Positions 47,331 to 54,684 of a DNA stretch of 64,000 nucleotides are shown here, in pieces (positions within the stretch are counted from its first letter, which is position 1; each line of letters opens with the position of its first letter). A program made the position numbers and the translations under genes. The stretch comes from an uncultured bacterium (lineage in GTDB: Bacteria; Bacillota; Clostridia; Oscillospirales; Ruminococcaceae), in assembly GCA_905214265.1 (NCBI GenBank), contig CAJMLQ010000002.1, forward strand, positions 8,182 through 72,181. The letters run 5' to 3'. The notes below the pieces were generated by a model that worked only from the letters and a program-made list of their open reading frames with translations, searched no databases and was not told where the DNA came from.

Positions 47331-48848
47331 ATGGAACAGGCGTTTTTGCAGGTGCTGAACATGAGCTTTACCAGTGGGGTGGTCATCCTGTTGATTTTGG
47401 CGGCGCGGCTGCTGCTCCGGCCTACTCCCCGGATTTTTTCTTACGCACTGTGGAGTGCGGCACTGTTCCGGCTACTCTGCCCGGTATCGCTGTCCAGTGC
47501 GCTCAGCCTTTTGCCGGTGAATCCACAGCCGGTGTCCCAGGAGCTTCTGCTCAGTCCGTCCCCGTCGGTCCATACCGGGTTGCCTCTTTTGGACCGGCCG
47601 GTCAACGCCGCATTGCCGGTCCCGGCACTGGGAGACAGCGCGAACCCCTTGCAGATCTGGGCCTTTGCCGGGAGCTGGATCTGGGTAGGCGGCGGCGTGC
47701 TCCTGCTGGTCTATAGCCTGCTTTCCCTGTTCCGGCTCCGCCTGAGCCTGCGGGGGGCCTGCCCAGAGGGAGAAGGCGTCTGGCTCTCGGAGAAGGCGGA
47801 TACGCCCTTTGTCATCGGGGTGTTCCGACCTCGCATTTACCTTCCGGCGTCCCTGTCCGATGCAGAGCGGGAATACATCCTGCTTCATGAGCGGACTCAT
47901 ATCCGGCGGCTGGATCATATTTGGCGGCTGGCGGCATTTTTGGCTCTGTGTGTCCACTGGTTCAATCCGTTGGTCTGGATCGCCTTTTTCCTTTCCGGAC
48001 GGGACATGGAAATGTCCTGCGATGAAGCGGTGGTCAAAACGTTGGGGGACGGAGTCAAGAAGCCCTATTCCGCCTCGCTGCTGGCGCTGTCCTGCGGCCG
48101 CCGGGTGCCGGGCGGGACGCCCTTGGCCTTTGGGGAGGGCGAGGTGAAGGGGCGGGTGAAAAACGTGCTCCGCTACCGGAAGCCCGCCTTCTGGGTAACG
48201 CTTCTGGCAGCCCTTGCGGTGACCGCGCTGTGCATCGGACTGATACTCAACGGGAACCGGACAGGCGCCGCCTCCATCACCTTCCCGGCCTACCAGGGCG
48301 GGAAGGATCAGTACAACAGCGCCATTTATGAAATAGAGCCCTTTACCATTTCCATGGAACTTCCGGTGGGATGGTCCATTTCCCTTCCCGCTGAGAGTGA
48401 CCAAATCGCTACCACGCCGTGGACCCCGGTGATCATTTGCGCCGCGGACGGCAGTCCGGTGGGGTCCGCCGGCTTCGGGATTTTTGAGGATGTGCCGGAC
48501 GTACCCCAGGAGGATTATTATAAGGTCGCATACAGTGAAATCCGGCTGGGGAGTCTGGTCAGTTGGTGCAACGATTATACACCGGTACGGGCTACTGAAA
48601 CGATGGAAGCGGCGACCTGCCTGCTTTATGTGAGCAATGTATTCACGGGGAACAGAGAATATACGATACCTCCGAGAGTGGCTGTGACCGGCTATGATGG
48701 GGCTGAGGCAGAATATGTGGAATATCCGGCGGTGGTTGCCTACGACAGGGAGATGGGCGTGTACGTCGCCATGAACTTCCAGCTGGACAGTGTAACAGAG
48801 GAAGAGCTTGCCACTATTGCGGAAAGCATCCGGCTCACCCGAAAATAG
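47331..48848 (+). CDS. BlaR1/MecR1-like M56 peptidase sensor with a non-PBP extracellular domain
   Basis: Four N-terminal TM segments. HExxH in ILLHERTHIRRLDH. A further TM, then a ~190-aa C-terminal domain with no SxxK. Confidence 0.8.
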   Translation: MEQAFLQVLNMSFTSGVVILLILAARLLLRPTPRIFSYALWSAALFRLLCPVSLSSALSLLPVNPQPVSQELLLSPSPSVHTGLPLLDRPVNAALPVPALGDSANPLQIWAFAGSWIWVGGGVLLLVYSLLSLFRLRLSLRGACPEGEGVWLSEKADTPFVIGVFRPRIYLPASLSDAEREYILLHERTHIRRLDHIWRLAAFLALCVHWFNPLVWIAFFLSGRDMEMSCDEAVVKTLGDGVKKPYSASLLALSCGRRVPGGTPLAFGEGEVKGRVKNVLRYRKPAFWVTLLAALAVTALCIGLILNGNRTGAASITFPAYQGGKDQYNSAIYEIEPFTISMELPVGWSISLPAESDQIATTPWTPVIICAADGSPVGSAGFGIFEDVPDVPQEDYYKVAYSEIRLGSLVSWCNDYTPVRATETMEAATCLLYVSNVFTGNREYTIPPRVAVTGYDGAEAEYVEYPAVVAYDREMGVYVAMNFQLDSVTEEELATIAESIRLTRK

Positions 48849-48879
48849 TAATTCCGGGGAGATGGAAAGGAGATTGTCG

Positions 48880-49095
48880 ATGAAAAAAATTAGTCGATGG
48901 TTTGCCTCCGCCGCGATCCTTTTGTCCCACGCGATGTGCGTTGTGGTTGCGTACAATTATGGGAAGTTGGTGCAGGGGATGGAAACGGGGTTCAGCGTGC
49001 CGCCCAGCGTTTCGCTGTTGCTGGGGATACCTTTTCTGATCGGGGTAATCCTCTGTGCGGCGCTGGCGCTGGTCTTTTGGGAAAAAGGCCGGTAA
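48880..49095 (+). CDS. Small two-TM membrane protein (71 aa)
   Basis: RBS GGAAAGGAG before ATG 48880. Hydrophobic helices. Confidence 0.45.
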   Translation: MKKISRWFASAAILLSHAMCVVVAYNYGKLVQGMETGFSVPPSVSLLLGIPFLIGVILCAALALVFWEKGR

Positions 49096-49117
49096 CAGCG
49101 GATTTTTACAGAAAAAA

Positions 49118-49153
49118 CCGGAGGGCAGGAGCAAGTTCGCTCCCGTCCTCCGG
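49118..49153. terminator. Bidirectional intrinsic terminator
   Basis: 15-bp stem CCGGAGGGCAGGAGC / GCTCCCGTCCTCCGG, A6 upstream and T4 downstream. It lies between convergent genes. Confidence 0.65.
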
Positions 49154-49174
49154 CTTTTGCGGTCCGGAGAGTTG

Positions 49175-50212
49175 TCAGCATTTTCCTGCGGAAATGTGGA
49201 TATCCCGGAAAATCTCCCCGCAGAGGGGGGCTCCCTGCTGCAAAAGGGCGAGGAGTTTTCCGGGGAGCAGGAGATCTTGCTTGGGGAGCCAGTTCCAGTT
49301 AAAAAGCGGGATCAACTCCCGTGGTCGGGCCGGTTCCGGCCGGTCCAGCAGCCCCGCCAACCATCCCAGCAGGCCGATGATGGGTTCCGGGCCGGAGTAC
49401 CGCTGCCGCAGAGCTCCCAGGTCCAGGTCGCCGTCCCGTTTGGAGAGGCGGCGGCCGTCTTCGGCGGCGAGAAGGGGAATGTGGCCGTAGCGCGGAGGGG
49501 GAAACCCCCACAGCGACTGGAGCCAGATCTGCCGTGGGGTGGAGGAGAGCAGGTCGCTGCCCCGGACCACCTCAGTGACGCCCATCAGGGCGTCATCTAG
49601 GGCGGCAGCCAGCTGGTAGGCGAAGACTCCATCCGCCCGCCGGACGATGAAGTCGCCGCAGTCCCGGCTGAGCAGCTCCCTTTGGGGACCGTAATGAAGG
49701 TCGTCGAAGGCGATCCACTTTTCGGGGACGCGGATGCGGGCGGCGGGCCTGCGGGTTTTGGTCCGGACAGCAGCTTCTTCCGGGGTCAGGTTTCGGCAGC
49801 GTCCGGTGTAGAGAAAGCGGCCGTCGGAACGGTGAGGCGCTTCCGCGGAGTGCAGTTCCGTCCGGCTGCAGAAGCAGGGGTACAGGAGCCTCTTTTCCTG
49901 AAGCTCCTCAAAATAGTGGAGATAGATGGCGGTGCGCTCGCTCTGGAAGTAGGGACCGCTGGGGCCGCCCAGAGAGCCGCCTTCATCCCAGTCGAGACCC
50001 AGCCAACGCAGGTCGTCTTCCAGCAGTTCCGCATAGGAGCGTGGGCTGCGCTCCGGATCTAGGTCCTCGATCCGGAGGAGGACTCGGCCATTTTGGGAAC
50101 GGGCGGAGAGCCAGCTGAGCAGGGTGCAGAAGGCGTTTCCAAGGTGCATCCGGCCGCTGGGGGTCGGCGCAAACCGGCCGGTGACCGGCGGAGGCATGGT
50201 CATGGGCGTCAT
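49175..50212 (-). CDS. gluQ: tRNA glutamyl-Q(34) synthetase (GluQRS, truncated GluRS paralog)
   Basis: GRFAPTPSGRMHLGN (HIGH-type), RIEDLD, YPCFCSR, YTGRCR, VVRGSDLLSSTPRQI, RLSKRD (KMSKS-like). No anticodon-binding domain. The start is ambiguous (50221, 50212 or 50203). Confidence 0.8.
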   Translation of the reverse strand: MTPMTMPPPVTGRFAPTPSGRMHLGNAFCTLLSWLSARSQNGRVLLRIEDLDPERSPRSYAELLEDDLRWLGLDWDEGGSLGGPSGPYFQSERTAIYLHYFEELQEKRLLYPCFCSRTELHSAEAPHRSDGRFLYTGRCRNLTPEEAAVRTKTRRPAARIRVPEKWIAFDDLHYGPQRELLSRDCGDFIVRRADGVFAYQLAAALDDALMGVTEVVRGSDLLSSTPRQIWLQSLWGFPPPRYGHIPLLAAEDGRRLSKRDGDLDLGALRQRYSGPEPIIGLLGWLAGLLDRPEPARPRELIPLFNWNWLPKQDLLLPGKLLALLQQGAPLCGEIFRDIHISAGKC

Positions 50213-50236
50213 CCTTTCCAAAAGGGGAAAATAGTC

Positions 50237-50266
50237 GATCGCGCCGGGGAAGATACCGGCGCGATC
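50237..50266 (-). terminator. Hairpin terminator closing the Tad-linked array
   Basis: Perfect 11-bp stem GATCGCGCCGG / CCGGCGCGATC with an 8-nt loop. A T-rich tract (GACTATTTTCCCCTTTT) follows on the minus strand. Confidence 0.55.
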
Positions 50267-50287
50267 AGGAGAGTAGAACTCTTTTGT

Positions 50288-50785
50288 TTACAGCCGCTGG
50301 CCGCATTCTGTACAGAATGCGCTTCCTGGAGGATTCACAGTGCCGCAGGCAGGACAGGCCCCACCGCTGTCGCCGGTCTCCACGGCTGGGGGCGGCGCTG
50401 GTGCGGGAGAGGCTTGCGGGACAGTAGACTCCACGGGGGATGAAGAAGACTTTTCCGGCTGAGCAGCGGATGGAGAAACGGGCTCCAAACAGGCCTGTTT
50501 TGCCGCTTCGGCTTTGGCGGCCTTTGCTTCAGCGCGTTCCGCCTTCCGGCGGAGCCGTTTGGCGCTGGGAACGTAGCAGATCCACGCCATGAGAATTCCC
50601 GTCAGCAAAAGGACTGCCGCCGCGATCAGGCCGATGGGAGCGTAACGAGCCAGGTGTCCCCAAAAGGTGCTGCTGGTGAGGAGCCGCGTTCCGCTGCCCA
50701 GATACGCGCCATACAGAGAGGGGAGAAGCACTGCGAGCCCAACGGCGCCGAGCACAGTCCCCAGGACAAACAATTTCTTTTTCAT
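50288..50785 (-). CDS. Two-TM membrane protein with cytoplasmic C-terminal zinc ribbon
   Basis: Two TM helices, a basic/Ala-rich helix (RRKAERAEAKAAKAEAAK), a Pro/Ser linker, and CPACGTVNPPGSAFCTECG. Confidence 0.7.
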   Translation of the reverse strand: MKKKLFVLGTVLGAVGLAVLLPSLYGAYLGSGTRLLTSSTFWGHLARYAPIGLIAAAVLLLTGILMAWICYVPSAKRLRRKAERAEAKAAKAEAAKQACLEPVSPSAAQPEKSSSSPVESTVPQASPAPAPPPAVETGDSGGACPACGTVNPPGSAFCTECGQRL

Positions 50786-50809
50786 ACCGGCATCCTGCCT
50801 TTCCGTAGT

Positions 50810-53041
50810 TTATTCCGTTCCGCCTCCAGCGTCCGGGCGGTAAGATCCGCCAATCTGCCGATAAAAATCGGACAGCGGCGTGAGCTGGTCCTCGGCCAGG
50901 ATCTGCTCCTCCGGGACGCCGACGATGTAATCCTTCTCATCGTATACGCCGTCCTGCATCCGGATACGCAGGCGGCGGCGGTATTCGTCCGGCTGCTCGG
51001 TGACAGTGAAGCGGATGATGTAATTGTTTACAAGGAACTGGCTGACTTGTTGGTAGATGCTGTCCAGCTTTCCGGCCTCTGATGCGCGGAGGAATTTTCC
51101 GCCGGTCCGTTGGGAGATACTGCTCATGTAGGAGGATTCCGCGGCTGCGAAGCCAACGCTGTAGACGGCGATGCCCTGGCTTTCCAGTGAGGAAACAACT
51201 TCCTCCATATAAGCGGGGTCGGAACCGTCTGCGCCGTCGGAGAGCAGGACGATGACCTTGGAGCCGTTCCGGGTGCGCAGGGCGTCCGCCGCTGCGGCAA
51301 GTCCGGAGGCAATATTGGTTCCGCCGCCGGCCTGGAGGGAGTTAATGGCCCGGCTGACAGCGGAAGCGGACTCCGTGACCGGGCAGCGCAGGTCGGCTCC
51401 GTTGGAAAAGCTCACCAAGCCGACGCCCACGCCGGCAGGGACGCTGCGGACAAAATTTGTGACCGCCTGCTGGGCGCTACGAAGGTTTTCCCCTTCCATA
51501 CTGCCGCTTTCGTCCACGACCAGGCAGACAGAAAGGGGTTCATCCGGCGTTCCGGCGCTGTCCGGCGGGATGATGGTGAAATCGGATACCCCGGCGTTCA
51601 GATCGGTCACGGTGAAATCCGAGGCCGTGTACAGGCTGCCGTCCTCCCGGTCCCTGGAGAGACTGACGTAAACGTCGACCTGAGGATAGGAGTCGGTATT
51701 GACCCGGCTGATGAGCAGGCCGGAGCGGAGGCGGTCGATGGAATCCCGCAGGTAATCCGCGAAGCTTTGCCGGCCGGTCCAGGCAGTATAGAAGGCGTTG
51801 CTGCTGGAAAGTCCCTGGGTGAGAGAAGCAAAAATTTCATCGGTGACGCTGGACACCGCTTCATCGTCCGCTGTTCCGGCTTGGTTGTAGGCGGAGATCA
51901 ACGCGGCGCGTTCCGAGGAGAGGGAGCCAAAGCCGGAATCGCTGGTGAGGAACTCGCTGAGGAGGCTGCTGGACTTATCCTCTTCCCCGACCTGGTGGTA
52001 GAGCTTGGCCAGAGCCAGAAGGGTAGCCGGTTCCTTCTTCCGGAACAGGCCGGAAGCGTTTTCCAGGTAATTGATGGCGCGGCGGGCGGGCAGCTGGTCG
52101 AGCTGATCCTGGATCGCGTCGATGCGCTGCTGCTGTTCCGCCAGCTGAGCCTCGATCTTCAGTTGCTTCTTGGTGCTGAGATCACCGGTGAGGCCGGATT
52201 GGATCTCGTCGTACCGGATGTAGGCGTCGGAGAGCTTTTCCTGCAGCTTCTGCGCCTCCCGGTCGTTTTCACCGGTATTCCAGGACTCAGACGCCGCCAG
52301 GGCTAGGGCAGAGGCGTTTGCAGCGGACGGATCAGACCTTACGGCTTCTTCTGCCAGCTCCACGGCCTCCGCCGTGTTCCCCTGGCAGAGGGCGGCCTGG
52401 GCTTGGGCCTTCAGGGACAAAACGTCGTTTTTCGTGGAAAGGGTGAGCAGGTCCGTTTTCACGGAAGCAATGGAAAAGTCCAGGGAGATCGCCCGCTGGA
52501 CGTTGACCAGGCTGGCGGCATGCTCCTTGTCCTTTTGGGAGAGTCCTAGGGAATCCCGCACCTGGCTTAAGAAGAGGAGAAGCTGGCTCTCCTTGATCTC
52601 GGAGCCGTCCCGCGCTTCGGTACAGAGGTCATAAATCTGGGAGGCCATGTCGTTTTTGTGATTTTTCAGGTAGCTCCGCGCTTCGTCAGCGCAAATTTCA
52701 TACCGCCCCTGCCAGCAGAGGGAAAGCAGGATCAGATCGGCGGACTGGGGATTTTCGTTGCGGCTGTAAGCCTGTTCCGCCAGGCTCCGGGCCTGGGAGT
52801 AGTCCTGCATGTCTATGAGCAGGCAGGCCATGTAGTTTTGTTTGGCGCTGGTTTTCTGAGCCTGGAACAGCCGGAACCCGGTCACGCCGGAAAAGGCTAA
52901 CGCCCCAATAGCAACGGCGATGCACAGCGCTTTCGTGATGGAAAAGCCCTTCTTTTTCCGGAGGTCCAGCAGGAAGAAGACCACCGCGGCGATGAGCGCG
53001 GCGCCGGCCACGCTGAATTTTACAATTGTCAGGATATTCAT
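50810..53041 (-). CDS. Membrane-anchored TPR and von Willebrand factor A (vWA) domain protein
   Basis: Two N-terminal TM segments, TPR-like helical repeats, MIDAS motif VCLVVDESGSM with downstream LLSDGADG. RBS GGAGG. Confidence 0.8.
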   Translation of the reverse strand: MNILTIVKFSVAGAALIAAVVFFLLDLRKKKGFSITKALCIAVAIGALAFSGVTGFRLFQAQKTSAKQNYMACLLIDMQDYSQARSLAEQAYSRNENPQSADLILLSLCWQGRYEICADEARSYLKNHKNDMASQIYDLCTEARDGSEIKESQLLLFLSQVRDSLGLSQKDKEHAASLVNVQRAISLDFSIASVKTDLLTLSTKNDVLSLKAQAQAALCQGNTAEAVELAEEAVRSDPSAANASALALAASESWNTGENDREAQKLQEKLSDAYIRYDEIQSGLTGDLSTKKQLKIEAQLAEQQQRIDAIQDQLDQLPARRAINYLENASGLFRKKEPATLLALAKLYHQVGEEDKSSSLLSEFLTSDSGFGSLSSERAALISAYNQAGTADDEAVSSVTDEIFASLTQGLSSSNAFYTAWTGRQSFADYLRDSIDRLRSGLLISRVNTDSYPQVDVYVSLSRDREDGSLYTASDFTVTDLNAGVSDFTIIPPDSAGTPDEPLSVCLVVDESGSMEGENLRSAQQAVTNFVRSVPAGVGVGLVSFSNGADLRCPVTESASAVSRAINSLQAGGGTNIASGLAAAADALRTRNGSKVIVLLSDGADGSDPAYMEEVVSSLESQGIAVYSVGFAAAESSYMSSISQRTGGKFLRASEAGKLDSIYQQVSQFLVNNYIIRFTVTEQPDEYRRRLRIRMQDGVYDEKDYIVGVPEEQILAEDQLTPLSDFYRQIGGSYRPDAGGGTE

Positions 53042-53056
53042 GCCACGCAGGCCTCC

Positions 53057-54493
53057 TTATTCCATATTCCGCACGTTTACGTCAAGCCGGGTCAGGCGGG
53101 GGAAAATCTGCCGGACCGGCGCGTAATCCGCAGTGGGATTGTCCCGGAGCATCAGCACCCGGATGGACGGGAGCTGGGTCACGGCGGACAGGTCAGAGAC
53201 TCGGTTGCCGTACATCCACAGCTCCTCCAGAACAGGCAGTCCGGCGACCGGAGAGAGGTCGGTCACGGTGTTGTCTGAAAAATCCAGATAAGTGAGATTC
53301 TGCAGGGCGGAGATTGGGGCAAGACTGGAGATACGGTTGCCCCAGATACCCAGGGAGGTCAGCCCGGTGAAAGCGGAGAGACCGGAGATATCGGAGATGT
53401 TGTTCCAGCCCAGGCAGAGCTCCGTCAGCGCTGAGAGATCCCGCAGAGCACTGATGGAGGTGATGCCATCATGGATCAGCGAAACAGAGGAAAGCCGTGG
53501 GTGTCCGCTGATTCCGGTGAGGCTCAGGTCCTCCTGAAAGGCAATGGCTACTTCTTCAAGGAAGGGCATGTATTGCAGATCGCTGAGAGTCCCCAGGGTC
53601 CCTTCATTGGTATAGAAGGAGCCGGAGTTGATCTGATATTCCCGTTCGGTGAAATGGACGCTGGCGGCGTCGAGATAGTTGCTGCCGGCAATGGCGATAC
53701 GGCGGATTTGGGCCGCATCCTCATCATAGATGGGGGAGCTGTAGGAAAGGCCCAGCTGGCTCCGGACATAGCGCTCCATCTCCGGGTCTGCGAAGGTCAG
53801 CTCTTTGGGAGTGGCAGTAATCGTGTATTCCGCTGCCGCAGCGGCGCTTTGATAGCCCAGGCTGTTCACTGCGGCGGCTCGAATCTCTGTTTTACCGCTG
53901 GGGAGTACCAGAGGCTCTGTGTACAGAATAGATTCCGGAGTGGGGTCCGTGCCGTCCAGAGTGTAATAGATGCTGTCCCCTTCGCGGGAGGGGCGGATTT
54001 CCACCAGCTGGTAGGTGGGGTAGCTGCCGGACTCCAGGGAGAAGGTGGGCGGCTGGGGCTTGGTCTGGCTGTTCAACTCCTGGATTTCCGTGCTGTCCGT
54101 TTGATGGACGGCCTTATCCAGCAGCTCGGCAGCCTCTTCCAACCGGTCGCTTTGCAGGTAGAGGTCAGCCAGGGAGAGGTAGGTGTCAGCGCCGGAGGGG
54201 TCCAGGTTCAGGGACTGCAGAAATGCGGCTTCCGCATTTTCTGGGCTATCCGCGCCCAGGTTGGCAGCGCCCAACCCATAATACGCCCGGGCGTTTTTGG
54301 GGTCCGCTTGGATTGCACGGGTGTAGGCCAGAATGGCGTTTTCATAATCCATTTCTTCCAAGTAGCGGTCGCCCAGGGCCAGCTGCTCCCGGGCAGTTCT
54401 ACTTCCGGCGGTCAGAGCTGTGACGGTGACCGCCGCAACGGCGATCACCGCGATGGCAATCAGCGCCGAAATCACAAATACCTTTTTCTTCAA
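53057..54493 (-). CDS. Membrane-anchored TPR / Fn3-associated (CHB_HEX_C-like) / leucine-rich-repeat protein
   Basis: N-terminal TM, TPR block, YYTLDGTDPT segment, then ~22-aa internalin-type LRRs (LTELCLGWNNISDISGLSAFTGLTSLGIWGNRISSLAPIS...). TTG start with RBS AGGAGGA. Confidence 0.8.
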   Translation of the reverse strand: MKKKVFVISALIAIAVIAVAAVTVTALTAGSRTAREQLALGDRYLEEMDYENAILAYTRAIQADPKNARAYYGLGAANLGADSPENAEAAFLQSLNLDPSGADTYLSLADLYLQSDRLEEAAELLDKAVHQTDSTEIQELNSQTKPQPPTFSLESGSYPTYQLVEIRPSREGDSIYYTLDGTDPTPESILYTEPLVLPSGKTEIRAAAVNSLGYQSAAAAAEYTITATPKELTFADPEMERYVRSQLGLSYSSPIYDEDAAQIRRIAIAGSNYLDAASVHFTEREYQINSGSFYTNEGTLGTLSDLQYMPFLEEVAIAFQEDLSLTGISGHPRLSSVSLIHDGITSISALRDLSALTELCLGWNNISDISGLSAFTGLTSLGIWGNRISSLAPISALQNLTYLDFSDNTVTDLSPVAGLPVLEELWMYGNRVSDLSAVTQLPSIRVLMLRDNPTADYAPVRQIFPRLTRLDVNVRNME

Positions 54494-54510
54494 CTCGATT
54501 CCTCCTGCTG

Positions 54511-54672
54511 TCAGCGTCCGCCGCTGTTATCCCGGTAAAAAGCTTCCAAACGGCCTTTGATCTTCTTCCCCGAATGCCGCAGGCAGAGGGAGACGATGAC
54601 TGCGGTCACCAGGACGATGGCCATTCCAGCGATTCCGCCGTAAAAAAGAAGGGTTCCGGTAGTCCATTCCAT
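54511..54672 (-). CDS. Unlisted 53-aa single-TM micro-protein
   Basis: Not in the ORF track because it is under 60 aa. AGGAGG lies 7 nt before ATG 54672. MEWTTGTLLFYGGIAGMAIVLVTAVIVSLCLRHSGKKIKGRLEAFYRDNSGGR*. It fits exactly between the kinase and LRR genes. Confidence 0.55.
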   Translation of the reverse strand: MEWTTGTLLFYGGIAGMAIVLVTAVIVSLCLRHSGKKIKGRLEAFYRDNSGGR

Positions 54673-54684
54673 TCTGCGTCCTCC

